Counted from the stretch's first letter, positions 12,330-26,820 are shown. The stretch is DNA of 64,000 nucleotides from Styela clava (GCF_964204865.1 NC_135254.1:11470001-11534000), one strand, 5' to 3'. The notes: generated from the sequence alone by a model not told the origin. Numbers and translations are program-made.

Positions 12330-13935
12330 GTAATAAGTATGTTTCACCAGAAATTACTGAAAAGAGTGTTAAGCATTTTAACCAAAACCAATATACTAGT
12401 GTTCTTTATCTGGCGTGTGAGTAAAATGTATATTCAAGGAAACAAGACTAAAAATTATGATACTGGTATGAATAAGCTAAAAAAACAAAATGCTAAACTT
12501 TGCGAAATTTATTGCTATTCCGCGTCAAGGAGTGTGATATTCTGCAAAGTTTGTCGGAAAGTGGCTTCTGATAGTGATTTGAAAAAGGCAAATCGTGGGT
12601 GGGAATGGGAAGTTGACTCTAAAACGCCGTTTAAATCATACACGCACATTAACGCACTAGATGCATTAACTTAGAAACGAAACGTGGGTACAAGAGAAGG
12701 TTGTTCGAACTTTTTCACCACAATACCGACCGCTGAAGAAAGTGAAGTTTGGAAAACCCCGTCAAGAAAAATAAAGCCTCACATAGATAGTGTTCTACCA
12801 CGTGTTAAGCCGAATTCATCAATATTGTCCCGCAAAGTAATAAATAATCGTATGTCGAAATACATTGAATTGCCACATGCATGGCGAAGCAAAATTTACG
12901 GCTTTAAATTTTTGAAGAGCATAGCCAAGGAGGAAATAATGCAGAGCATAAGACAAGCAAAATTTTATACCCTATTTTGATGGAGGCAATGATATTTTAA
13001 CAACAAAAATGTTGAGATTATACATTATGTACAGGAGAAGCCATTTGAGTTAAACGTGTGGTTTGTCCGCATTCCGATAATATATGATATGCTACTATTG
13101 TAACTTTTCATAAAGTTTGCAAATAATTCAGGATTCTGCTCAGCCTTAAAATAATCGTGCTCAGTAAAACAACATTTTCGCAGTGTGAAATTTTATTAGA
13201 GGGAACACTGCTTGGATCTCTGGAACCCGCTGTCTACCCCCAATTTCAATGATCACGTTACCATCGCCACATAGATTTCCCAATCGATTTTGGCGAGAAA
13301 GTGTTACAATCACCGTTCAGATACTATCTGGCAGCGGAAGTCTGGTGCCTTCAAAAATTTGACGTGACAAAACAATTTGATGGTCGAATTGAGAAAATTC
13401 AGTGAACATTTGGAAAAAATACTTGTTCTATACACTCTAATTTTAACAAAACTTCAAGATTTGTTCAATTGAAGTGCAAACTGATGAATAAATATGTTGT
13501 TGCTTTTGCTCGATAACAGATTTGAAATCGGAATATTTGTCACCAATATTTACTCATCAAATGCGAAAATCAGTAAAATCATTTCCTTTGACTGGCAATA
13601 TTGTTTTGCAGTTGACGTCAATATTACTGCAATCCAAGCTAGCTAAATCAGGCTATTCTGAATTACGGTGTTTATGGTGCAAATTAGAGTACGGTAAGTA
13701 AAGCTTGTTCATGCAGAAATCATATATGACAAAGCAGCAGCATCGCTGGCCATAGAAAATATTGTTATATTATTTTTACTTTACTACCAAATTGTATTAC
13801 ATTCAAACCCAAGTAATGATTTCAAACCTTTTTTAACGTAAGTTGAATACAAATTTAGCAATCTCTTACAAAATCAGTAACTCCAAATTTAGCCGGCTTG
13901 TTAGTACGATCGTACATAGATCGTGGAAACACATC

Positions 13936-14784
13936 ATGTCATATTCCGGAAGGTCTGTTAAATGCGTGGTAATGGGCGACCATGCATCTGGGCAGGCAAG
14001 CTTAGTCTACAAATTCGCTGAAGGAACGTTTCCAATTGACACTCAAATGACTTTACGGCACTACAAAGTTGACATGATGAAGAGCGGTAGAGTCTACTCC
14101 ATGGAACTTTACCCAATACACGAAGAACTTGATGAATGGCTTCGCGCTCTGAGTTATCCAGAAACTCACGTTGTCTTGATTTGCTTCGATGTTAATTCAC
14201 AACAGAGCTATCTCGATGCCAAAACAAAGTGGGTTGAAGAAGTCAAAAAGTATTGTCCTGGAGTTCCTTTCCTATTGGTTGGCACAAAAATTGATTTGAG
14301 AGATGAAGTAACCTACGATCAGGTGAGCGACCGATATATAAATGTACCACGGATGTCATCATTAATCCACTCAGAACAGCCAATGCCTATCATTAATTTG
14401 GTTCATTTAATCAAACTATAAACGTCTATAATTCCCAACCTAGTCCCCTTAAACTTTTTTTCTAAAATATATTTGGGAACCCCGGCCTATTATAAATGTT
14501 CAATCCTTCAATTTAAAAAAAGTTAGTTGTTCATATTATTTTATTTAATCCTTCAGGTAAAAATCGACAGTGCACGACCGATTTTTCGTGCTCAAGGACT
14601 CAAGACCGCAAGTGTTATTGGGGCAGTAACTTACGTTGAAACTTCGGCTCTACGTGGTACAGGAGTGCAAAATGCGTTTAGAATAGCATTAAACGCTGCA
14701 GTGGGAGACGAAAAAAGAACTCGAGGTATATTTGGACCTCCGTTTGGAGCGACTTCCAAAGGCTTCACATGTCCGTTTCTTTAG
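13936..14784 (+). CDS. Highly divergent Rho/Rac-family small GTPase-like protein (probable pseudo-GTPase), exons 13936-14322 and 14557-14784, 204 aa
   Basis: VKCVVMGD, LRALSYPETHVVLICF, KWVEEVKKYCPGVPFLLVGTKIDLRD, YVETSAL and C-terminal CAAX CPFL. Phase-0 intron with GTGAGC...TTCAG. Confidence 0.85.
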
Positions 14785-16600
14785 AGATTTAAGTTAAATA
14801 CAGGGTGGTCGCTCGGAAAGCAGAAAATTTGAAGGTCAGATCACGAATAAAATGCGTGCTTGCTCATTTGTTTTTCGAAACGTTTCCATTTCTTTCAGGT
14901 TCTAGGTTGCACTGCCATAAAGGTGTACGGACAAAATTTTGAGCATCTATAAGTGTAATATAGCATATGCATTTAAAAATTTTGTAAAAGTTATTCTTTG
15001 AAAAAAATAAATAACAGTTTTACAAATTTTCTGTTTCTCTAGTGACCACGCTGTATAATCCTCCCATATGCTAAAAACCAATGCAAAAGGAATGATCCTG
15101 ACTACAAATCTGATCGCATTTTCAATTCCCAGAATACTTAAGATTAGGTAGGCATGTGACCGACCTTTCACCCCCTGTCTTTTTACAATGACACTTCACG
15201 TTTCTCTCGGCCGAATTTTCTGCACTCTCTGTTTGTGGTAACGTTGGAATGTGAGTATCGACCAAATACGCTATCGATACATCTATCTAATCATACGTGA
15301 CTGTTATGTTAGTATTTCGTGATCTATGAAAAATTCTTGTTTACATTAAATATTTTTGTTTATGTATCAATAGGCTGTCTTGAGATTCCACATAACCCTC
15401 CTAAGTCCTTGCATATACTTTATGGGCGACTGAATGTCTTATACTGGGTCATTCTCGTTAACTGTGAGCATATACATCAAAGCATCGTGTCAGTGTAAAT
15501 GGCAAAGGAAAGCATTATGTGGCATTTGAAAGACCTTTGGATGAATTTAAATGTTAGCCTGAATGTAACGCATTGTTAGCTTACATTATCCAGGAATTCA
15601 ATTGATCATTTGATTGGCATATACATAAATCCAAATAAACGTATTACATATTATCCCCTCGTTTAAACTTCCAAATATTACCAATCCAGAACAAAATCTT
15701 CATAATACAATCAATTTTACGCAATTTAAGTTTTACAACAGACAAATATCGCCTCACGAGATCCCTATCTCATAAATTTTTCATGCAAAAGATTTTTAAT
15801 ACTCTCTTCTTACCACATGGAATAGAAAATAAAGGAATGCTCAGAGTAGCGATTGTTTACACTAAACATCTAACGAGGAAGGGGTGGTACATTTGTATAA
15901 ACAGTAAAATTTCTGTAAATGGTTATCTTTGTCACCCGAAAGGCGCTTTGGAAAGGAAAGAACCAGATTGATGACTCGGTTTGTGAAAAAATATGAGCGA
16001 ATGAAAGTCACATTTTTCTCGTGCGATCTGCTTGTTTATGTTTATCATAAACACGCCGTTCATTATTCATCAGGGAAATACATACTACACTGTAAAAAAA
16101 TTCAGAACCCTCGCCAAAATTCACTATCATTCTGAACCACAACTTCAATTTAATAAATCGGGAATTGTCAAGCCAAGTTTATAATACCGAGTGATATTAT
16201 AAGAACAATTCATTTCCAAGGACACTAGCTGTATACATATGTATTCCAAATTTCGTAAGTCAGGCTTTATTTTTTCACCCATCTTATTGTTATCAAAGTA
16301 TAATAAATTGTATCAAAATTCAACAATATTATGGCCAAAAACACGAATCGATTTGAAATATCATTAAAAGGGACAGGGCGAAAAGATTTATATAGGATTT
16401 ACTTTGAAACGCGATTTCGTCGACAGATTTTACTTCATTAAACTTGGAAACCTCCTAAAAATAACATCCACCATTGGCGGCGGCATTTGCCCATACAAGA
16501 ATCTTATAAACGTTCTTTCTTGCATCAAGAATTCGTGCCTAATGCTGGAATATAATTCATTGATGCGAACTTAGCTATAACGTGTTTCGACAAATGCGAT

Positions 16601-19600
16601 TCAGTCGTGTAAATAATATCCCTGGAAAGTCGATATCATGGCTGTCTTATGCCCTCGAATTGTGCAAGTTCGTAACTTGGTGACATCGACTATATCATTT
16701 TTCGACAATCTCGTGACCAAGGTAGCAAAAAGCGTAACGCCATTGTTGTCCCGGACACCCGTGACGTCATATCCTTCGTACAAGTTTGTGCTTTCACCGA
16801 CTGCTGACGTCGTTTTGGACAAATTCTGACCGTTAACCCGTAGACTTATAGCGCAAGTTGAATCAGTAGAAGAATCGACATAGAGAATATCTTGAGCAGT
16901 TGCGAGGTTTTTGTTAGGCGTCATAACAACCCCGACGTGGAATACGTACAATCCTTCCAAAGTACACGTAAATTTACCACTTTTCTGATCGTACGCAGAA
17001 CCTTCATTTAGCATGATTGCGTCAAATACCACCCTCGGAGTTTCGTCGTTTTTGTAAATTTCAATTGCTGTGTTACTCGATAGAAAAGCAGAGAATGTTG
17101 GTAAGATTTCTGAAATAGAAATCGCAGATTGACTCTTAGTTAGGAATAAAGATGAAAATGCGGCCCAAATCATCATTTGAATAGCCTCTACCATAAAGAG
17201 CCATTGTAATTGAATGGTACATTCTTCGTATGAAAAAAAAAATATGAAAATAATGTTCGATTACAATTACGAAGCATTTTCATCATTATATAGAGTAATG
17301 ATGGCGCATTAGGACATATTTTCAGATTAGTACTCGTGGAATTTGTATAGAAAAAAAAATCGCGATTGATATTCTCAACTATCGACTCATTATGATTTTT
17401 GAGAAGGCTCGTAGATGAAAACGGATAAGTGAGGCAATTGCAACATAAATAATGTACAAAATAAATTCCTATCTTTGCGATTTCTTTATCTGTTTACCTA
17501 ATAACTAAAATAAAAAACTTTTATCGTCATACGAACCTTTTTGCTTGTTACTGACTTCTAGTAAATTTTCAATCAAAGCAAATCTTGGATGCATTTGTTG
17601 TCTTAAAAAATCCTGTGACTTTTTATATTCAACTTGAACGTCTTCCAGTCGTTTGATTCTTGCCATGCAATGTCGAACTTGTGAATTGAGATTTGACATC
17701 GATAAATCTTTGTCAAACAGCGCCAATGGATCGTTCCTGTAAATGACAAATTATACAAGGAGTCCTATATCACTTTGAGTATTTACCAAAAAACTGAAAC
17801 ACGGGCTATGTTGAGAGGAAAGTACTTTTCGTTGATCATGAAGCGGAAATTTATTTGATAAAATATTAGCTCTCACAAAATGTCTGTCAAAGATTCATTG
17901 TCAATAGTTACCTGGGTCGATTGAACATAAGAGCAGTTATATTTTTACTGTTACGTTCACAAAGTTTTTAGGTTTGGCAATGGATGCCTAATTTATCACA
18001 CACTCTTCGTTGGGATTCAGTTGATCGGCGAGGGAGTGAAGAATCGGGACGACATGCAATTTCAACTTAGTGAGGTCAGCAAGCACTCTACAATCAGGTT
18101 ATAACGTGAATGACCATCACAAACTGCTAGTTGTTCCCGGGGTCTGGACAATTATATATACGTGCTTTACAATTAGACATAAACAAAGCCGCTCGTAGCA
18201 TATGGAATTCCACGTTTTCGCATCATGATATCAAACAATGTATCCAAACTTTACTTAGGTTAGGTGGAGTGGATTCTCGCACAGAACTAATGTAGAATAA
18301 CTTACCTTAAAGTCTTAGATGGCTGAATTGGGACGCTCAAGTTTTTCTGAACAGTAACGAGATTGGCCTGCTTCACACCACTATTGGAAACCACCGCTTC
18401 CATTGCTTGGTATGGTGGAGGGGATTCTACTGAATTTGTATTCTGGGAGCCACGAAACGAGATACTCTTCACAGGCTCATCATTCACAATGACCTCAAAA
18501 TATATAGGAGAATGAAATTATTTATGTTTTTCTATATTATATACCGAAATTCGACAATTATGCCATGCTTAAATTAGATCAATTTTGTATATAAATTAAA
18601 ACTAATAGACGTCAGAGATATTATTACCACTGATATTAGTATAAAATAGTGTTAAGATGTATATATTTGGGGATAAGCTATTTCACGCAAGGTTTAAATT
18701 GGATTGAAAAAATGATGTTTTTTAACCTTCGGACAGCTCAAATCCCTGACCATTTTATGGGTATTTTTAAACCTATTTTTTTTGTCAACCATTAAGCCCT
18801 AAATCTTAACTCATGGCTTTTTGAAAGCGTCTGCTAGAGTTCTATTCAGCAATATATCTTTAAAACACACTCATCGAAAAAAATTTTTTGCAAAAAAATT
18901 TCAAAAATTTCTAAAAAAAAATTGAACTTTGAAATATTCTGTGTACAGTAGAGGGTTAATAATTAATTCCTAATTAATTAATTTTTTCTTCAACGTTTTC
19001 GTCAAGTGTTTCCTAACATAACAATACCAAAACGACTATTATAGCATAAATGGTTATTACTCTGAAATTCACAATTGTATTTACAGTATTGTCAAGTTCA
19101 AGGTCAAATTACCGATATTGATGACGTCACAGCTCTTATTATTACTGCACAGACCACCCCCAATGCAAAAAAATTAAATTTTTTCGACGGAAATGCGCGT
19201 AGAACGACGTAAACAATCCCATACGCACATTTACGCGGTAAAATTACCATTAATTTTACGTTTTTTTTACATACAAAAAATCTCCATACCTCTGCCAACT
19301 ATGGAGCAGTCGAAATCATATTTATCAAAACAACACAGCGCCAGGGATGGTCAGGGATAGTTAGTATGACTGAAAATACATGCTAAAACAATAATAAGTC
19401 GTTATAAAGAAGTATTTCCTGTCTGAGCTGAGTCGACATTTTCAGACGTCTGACAGGCAATTTTGAAATCCACGCTATTTATACGATTCGCACTTTGCGT
19501 CACGGCTGGAAGGTTTTATCGCTTCTCTCATACCAGGGCATTACGTCAATAAACAGCTAAGAGCGATAGTAACAGTAGGTTACCATGAGCTAGCCTTAAT

Positions 19601-22144
19601 AGCGCTGGAAAGCCCATATGGGCTTACCGGCTGTGGGAGGGTTAATATCGGACCAAACTTTGCAACTAAGAAAATACAGCATGTCACTGCAAAGAGAGCT
19701 ATTTTGCGTATCGTAGCATATCGTAAATTTCGTGGGAAAAAGATTGTTGTTTTGTAGAATTCGGAAAATTGTTCTGTTGATAGTTGAACTAACCTTGCCA
19801 AAAGATACATCACTCATAAATGTATTATTAAAATTTTCCCGAATTCCCATTTTCCACTTTAGCCATAATATTTCTGAACGAAGCTCCCTGCATTCTCGTA
19901 ATCTGTTGTAGTTCTCAATGCCTTTAAAAAGAAAAAATATTGAGAATTATAAATTGTAAAGCAAAGTATAATTGCATATCCAGACTTAGTTATGCAGATT
20001 TAGATTTTCAATATAACACAAGGAAACATGGCCGTGTATTCACTTATAAAACGGGGAACATACAATGTCATCGCACATGATTTGGAATCAAGAAACAACG
20101 CAACCATTTGATATCGCTGTGTGTAGAATGGGAATCTTTGCCATCTTTGTAATAAAAATTGTATACGATTTTCGTGCCTACAACATGAGATAAATATAAA
20201 ATCAAATATTAATAAGCATTAGTTAGTAAGTTGAAGCATTGTATTCGTTCATTTCATGGCCTCTAAGCAAGACTTAGACAAGCAAATATCGGAATATTCA
20301 AAACTGATGGTGAAGAATGCTAGTTGATTAGTCCGATTCACTTCAGCGTTCGGTGGGCGGCATTACCTAAATTTATATTATAAAACAAGATTATATTTCA
20401 AAGTAGTTTTGAAATGATTAGCAAAGCATTGACTTGGCATTATTCATAATTGAAGGCTTTTGAAGACTCGTATTTCTAGGAGATTTATTTACGCACGGTT
20501 TTGATAGATTCTCAAACTCTAGATGATATTCCTCAACCGGAGCAAATCAAAGAAAGAACTCAATTGATTGCAAAAACTAAAAACATTGGGTATATGAGTT
20601 CACTAGAAAATACGTTATTAGTGCAGTGATTCTCCTTGGTTAGTTCATGCTAAGAAAAGTTTATGATGGCCACAATTAAAGTACGCGTATTCTTTCTGTC
20701 TGCTCACAATTAAATTATGCGGAAAGCTCGCTCGTGATCGAATTGAGATGACTAAAATAAAATAAATATTACGATTAAAAATAATTCTTTATTTTATCTT
20801 ATCGTATCATTCAGTTGGTTAAAGCAAAATTGCTATCTCAGGAAATCCGCAGTGCGGTTTTTATGATTTTAGTTTTAAGAATATATTTTCTAAGGTTTTT
20901 CTAGTTGTTTTTGACTTTATGTGATATATAAAGGGCAAATCAATCGACAATCCCACAGAGCCTCATCGTCTGTTGCTAGTTGACAAATAAGTCGTTTTAA
21001 TTTTTACGGTCCACTAAGCTAGTCAACTGAGGATAAAATTAATGTCAGAAATTTGTTCCGGACAAGATGTACAAAATAAGTTGATCGATGTAACACTATG
21101 TAAAAATTCAAGGAAATTTTACTTAATTTATAAAGCAACTTGTACTAGAAAAAATCACTCAATGACGAAATTATTCAATAGTAAGATTATGTAAAATTGT
21201 CGTCGAAAGAGATCATATTTTTGTAAGTCTTTTAATTCACCTTCACGCGTTTTCAATGCCAAACTTAAATGACTATCCAATAGTACAAAAATCGATGAAC
21301 CTTTCTGTGACATACCGGCGTATCTATATATTTACATTTCAAACACTCTAAGTATGAATTAGCTCTTCACGAAACGAACTTCGTCCTCAGGGAACAGCTT
21401 TCCCGTTCCCGATTTGGGAGCGATTGTTCATGTCAAAATGAGCCGTCTATTATGTCTATTTGGGAGACTCTTTAGACTTATTTTTACAATATAAGAATTT
21501 TTCAGAAAACAGTGATGTTTGTTAAAAGTAAGAAACAACGTGGCCACGCCGTAAAAGTGATACCCCGATATAAACTCTAAAAAAATTTTAAAATACAAAT
21601 AAAAAGTGAATTTTAAATTTTGTGAGTTTTCATTGGTGTCAAATTTCGGTGAACCATCATGAAATGAAAATCCAATTTAGCACGACAAACCCCTTCCGCC
21701 GTGCTGGATTGTTTCATTTCGTGTTCAGGTGAAAATTTTTCAATACTGTTGTATAAACATTAAAGTTTATGAATCAGATTATTATAGTTCAGTCAAGTCG
21801 AATTCCTCTTGATTTTGCAATCGGTTCGATTAATGTTCGAATTTGAATCGCATGTTTATATATCTTCACATCGACCTTTGTACATTTTAATTGAACAAAA
21901 AGTAGGTAATCGATGGTTACTGCTTTAGTGAAGCATTATTCATTAGTTCCTGTAACTTACCTAAATGAATTACAACACAGGTTGTTAAAATTCCCGAAGT
22001 GACACAAAATACGAGTACACAGTTGATAAAACGAAGATGCCTTTTCGGGGCTCGTTTTATCTCAGAAATAAGTCCGTTCCGACCCGGAAAAGTCTTTTCG
22101 TTATCCTGCTTTATGCCGCCATCCACCTCGGTGTCGCTCTTCAT
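16601..22144 (-). CDS. Type II membrane / coiled-coil / globular C1q-domain protein; predicted exons 22144-21961, 19921-19794, 18493-18306, 17736-17537, 17109-16601 (~402 aa)
   Basis: The last exon encodes a gC1q domain (FSAFL...VVFDAIMLNEGSAYDQKSGKFTCTLEGLYVF...LSKNDIVDV...STFQGYYL). Four upstream exons join in consistent phases (1,0,2,1) with GT-AG ends. Exon 1 encodes a hydrophobic segment (FINCVLVFCVTSGILTTCVVIHL) preceded by basic residues. The C1q domain is secure; the exon-4 donor is the least certain. Confidence 0.75.
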
Positions 22145-23456
22145 GTTTCAATCAGTTGTTATGCTGTTTTTGAAGTAATGGAGAAATAGGATATTTCATC
22201 TACAAGCTCTGAAATTTTAACAAAGTAGATAAGATATGGACATATCAAAAACTCTATCTTAAATTTTGTTTATTTTGCCGCCCGACACAAGTTGGAAACT
22301 GTTGCTATAACGACTATGGCTATTTTGTAATGTATATGTATATTCTCAATTACCGGCGCCGTTTAGGCCCACTCATGAGCGTGGCTAGCCAAAATACAGT
22401 ATAAACAATTCGAAGATAACATTTCAATTATGATTTAAACGATGAGTATTCAGAATTTATCATGAAGTAATTTTTCTGTTTTGTAATTTTGTAATTCAAT
22501 CTACTCTTTTGTAAAAGGGTAAGTATCTCTGAATCTACGTACAATCAAGCCCTACTCATTCTACTAATATTTTTTCAGTTCTTCAAGATGCAAGTTGATA
22601 CTATACTGTCCGCTTATTTATGCATACTACCCTGGCTAAGTGCGCATAAAACAATAGAATAGAGTAATAGACCATGACCTCTCACACATGCCACCGTGTT
22701 TGTCATTGGCAATATTGAGTGCGTGCGATTCATTTTAGGATAAATACAACTCAAATCTATTTCTACCAATCCACTCAACCTAAAATTGAATACTTATACG
22801 TGAAGTATTGCGAAACCGCCAACGTCGTGAAGACTTCATATCGAAATATGGGGATTCGAGTCTAACATTATTCATTATTTATTACGCTGGCCAGATACAG
22901 AATACAAATTAGTATACTCTTTTCATTTTTGCAAATCACATTCTTTATTATCTCGATGCACATTAAAATGAATATATTAGGTTGCGACATTAGTTCTTCA
23001 TAGTACTCGAGTGTCTGATTCTTCTTTTACATCGTCTTTCGCTATTTCTTCCAGCTTTACCACGAGAGTAACGACACTTGGCACAATCCCGTACACAAAA
23101 CGAAAGTTTTTCCTAATGCATTATATCTCGTAGGAATTCTCTCTTATCCATAATTTCCCGATCTTGGCATTTGGTCAAATCCCTTCACTGCAAAACTAAA
23201 ATGGAAATAATTTCCTAATGTCCTAAAAATATTTTTGTAGCCTCACTGATTGCAAATTTGTGAACTAATGGGGTGCGTATCATTTTCAACATATTTATGA
23301 TAGTCAAATAATGTTAATCAATTGTGTTTTTAGGATATTGAGGCATTACCAAATGCTACAAAATCGTTTTATGCTGCTAGTGCGTTCTCAGCACCCACTA
23401 AATGATTGCACAATTAATAACAAAATATTCACTCACTGGGTAATGTACCTTTAGCA

Positions 23457-23632
23457 CTATGGTTCCCAACCTTTCAGTACTCATGGCGCCCTGTTCACCA
23501 TTTTGCTCAAATAATTCATGTATATACATAAGGAAGCGAAAACACCCTGTAAACGGATTTAACCTTCTCGGGTAATGAAAATAGGAAGAACGGGGAGCTC
23601 TCTTATAACGAGCCGTCAGTTGGGAACCGCTG
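23457..23632. mobile_element. Degenerate hAT MITE
   Basis: Ends CTATGGTTCCCAACC / GTTGGGAACCGCTG. TSD poorly preserved. Confidence 0.5.
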
Positions 23633-26600
23633 TTTAAGTAAGAACTCGTACGGGTATAAGATTTGTATAATAAATTAAGAAATATTCCACTACTCTTATA
23701 GGTTGTTAATATTTGTGCATGCCGGATCGCGAATTTGATTGGTTATGACTCAAAGCTCACATCTCACATTATTAACTAATTATTATTAAATGATTTAGTG
23801 CACTTTCTCCGAACTTTTTCTATTTTTGATTTGTTGTAAAATAGAGTCTCAAATACAATCCAGAAAAATAAAATGACGCAGGTATCAGTAAAGATAATTG
23901 AATAAATATGTACCTGGATTTATTTGTCTTGTAATTCAATATTTATGGTTTAATACGCATTGCATGGCATTTATTTGATGGCACTATTTGAAGCAAAATT
24001 AGACCACTGGTATACAAAGCTTGTTCGAGGAAGATTACATTTTCGAAGTTTGACATCAAGTATCGTATAACAGTGAATGGCAACCTTGACGAAATTATCA
24101 TACAACATCTAGACATAATATGTCCGCGGTTCGAACTAATCCGCCATTTGAAACACCTGACAATATTTCAACCTAAAATATGCATGCGACCACAAAAACT
24201 GAATATGGCATTTAGCCCAAATCATATCTCGACATGACGTATTTCGTGTTTTTAAGTTGTTTTCGAACGCAAAAGTCAGATAGGGGGGGTGCTTATATGT
24301 TAAAAGTTGCCCAGTAAATCTTTTCCAATATTTTCAGAAAGGAAGCTTGAGAAAAAGCCAGTCAGAAAAGCCTTCAGACAGCATTTAGATGTGCCACAGT
24401 AACCCATGTGGTGTGTTGTTTTGTCCTTAATTTCACCATAGTACGCTTTTTATTCACATAAACTCTCGATAAAAATACAATATTTTTAGCAGTGAACGAA
24501 ACAGCATGCAATTTACATGAAGGCGTCTCGCCGTGGCTTGTATCGAGATCGAATGCCAATACTACGCTTGTGCGTTCGAATTTGTATCCGAAATCCTAAG
24601 AATACATCATCAATAATATATTGAAAGAGATTAATATGCGCAAACAGTAGGAATTCCCGAATTCTACGACACTTTAAAAGCTATGTCAATAAACATGTTG
24701 GATAGCGTGCGGTCATACATTTCTCCTCGGCATGTTCATGCGGTTTGAACATCTTGAAAATGTAGGATTTATTTTAAATGTATGAATTAACGAAGGTGAG
24801 CGGCTAGATTGCTGAGAACATACCAATTTTTGTTTATTTGCTTGAATTGAAAACATAGTAATAAGAATCACAGGTCGTTCATAAACTAATGTTAATGTAA
24901 AGCATCTAATTTTGAACCCAAATTATCACTTGAAATTTAGACAACGAGAATTGATGAAAAATAACCAATCGCAAACAGCGAATTTCTCATAATATTTCGG
25001 CACTTGGACTTACCCGAGTGTAAAACTTATAAACTGTTAAATCTTGCGTAATAAGTAATCGTCTTAATTTATCGCGGTAAATGTGTTCTGCCACTTAGGA
25101 AACTACCAATTATGCATATTGAATGTGGTTGAAAGAGTATGTTGTTATCACCTGAACAGTCTTCTTTTGAACAATTATAAATCTCCCGAATTGAGATGTT
25201 TATTAAAACACGACAAGAAACAAGGCAGCTTCAACAAACCGCAAAACGCCACATGAATTATTAAGCATAGATGTCAACTTTGTGATTTTTAGTTCTACGG
25301 GTAAATACAGTATAAATTGTGTCATGTCGGCCAGGTATGATTTTACGTTTATTCTATAAAATTGTTGACGTCGTTTTATTTAATCAGTTCCGGTTTTAAG
25401 TTCTGTCTGAGTATATTGTCGATCAAATCAGTGGGCGTATGAATATAAATAATACATGAAAAGAAAATAAGTGCATTGTGCGATTCAGGTGATCTTTTTT
25501 GGAATAATAGCGGTGTATACGGCAATTAATCCCCCACGTCATCAGTGCCAGATTAGGGCATGGCCTGCGTAACGAATTCTTCAACTTTCCACTTATAAGA
25601 TACGTACCGTCGCACACACATCTGTAATCGCCCGATAAATATGTACGAGTACATCTGTCCGCAAAATTCACAATGCTGATTGATGGTCGGAGATATTTCG
25701 TTTAAAACAGACTTTGTATTGAATGCACGCTGCTTTGTTGGACACGTAGTGGACATAATGATCGTTTTGTTGTTCCTGTTCTTTGACACGTTTTGAAGAA
25801 ATCGCTTTTCTCTTTGATTACTGGGCCAATTGCTTTGTGAAATTTTCAGTGGTTAAAGATGGAATTTTCCTCCAGAAGGCTATTACTTTTATTTCTTTGC
25901 TATGACGTCATCAAAATTATGTGGCGATACGTGTTTCTCTTGTTGCTGTAATATATATTTAGGACTTCACACACGATATGGCGACTTGCGGGAGAGATCA
26001 CTTTCTGGTAACCAAGGTTGATAATATATTCCCCCGTGAATGGATAAAAATATCCACGGCTGCAAATGTACTTGGAAGCGAACCTTCATAGGTGCAGATG
26101 GCCACGAGTGCATATGTACGTTAGTGAAAATGTCCCGTGTACAAATATTCATGGGTGTATTTTCGGATTCGGGGCGAAATCATCCATGGGTGCAAACATC
26201 TATTAGTCTAAAAGTTCGTGGTCATTTTCACAGCCTGATGATATTCGAATGGATTCGAGTGGACATTTCAAAGTACTTATTTTAGTACCCGATAACAGCA
26301 TTTGATATGATTTTTATTTGTGATGTGTTAGAAGAGGTACGCTACGTAGTCTTGTAGTAAAATCTGCAGTTTGTTTCCTCGCGTTACAATATTTCTGATG
26401 GTAGTCAACGTACCCTTATTTCATAAGTCTTCTTTAAGGGCCCAGTACTGCAGTTTTTGTTCCAATGCTCCCTAACGGTGTCAATCGTACCGTTCTTATC
26501 CACGATCTCATTGAAGCAAACACTTGTCCAAAAAATGGTTCATAAACATTTTCGAAAATGCTGACAGTTTTGGCTGACTGAATAAAGTGTGACTTCCTCA

Positions 26601-26820
26601 TAATCAAAATGTTTAATTACCAATTCTATTCATGCATACGTTTGGAACCGTATCGTGAATCAGAAGTTCGGGTGATTAATAACGTCGAACCAGGACATTA
26701 CACAGTCATGAAGCCATAACGTCACTATTTCCTCTCGCTAGTCATATTGCGCACGATCTAATTTTACTACGTTAGTAACAATTTTTATCAGTTGCGCTGA
26801 AAGCTTGAGGGACGACGCAA

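Larger units (their letters stand above)
11340..13210 (+). mobile_element. hAT deletion derivative with decayed transposase remnants, carrying nested elements
   Basis: TIRs CAAGGTTCCCTCTAA / TTAGAGGGAACACTG and perfect 8-bp TSD CTTGGATC. Broken ORF pieces (FCKVCRK; IMQSIRQAKFYTLF followed by a frameshifted DGGNDI) resemble the N-terminal part of a ZNF862-type hAT transposase. Confidence 0.85.

Noticed and set aside
13843-13935. N-terminal extension of the Rho-like ORF, and its read-through to 14421
   Set aside because: The extension starts at TTG, homology begins at ATG 13936, and the 3' read-through is intron.
18722-18958. Possible piggyBac-type MITE bounded by TTAA
   Set aside because: The left TIR does not match the right end convincingly.
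22900-26300. Scattered exon-like segments on the minus strand (e.g. near 24598-24520 and 25789-25553)
   Set aside because: I could not join them in frame or recognise any homology.
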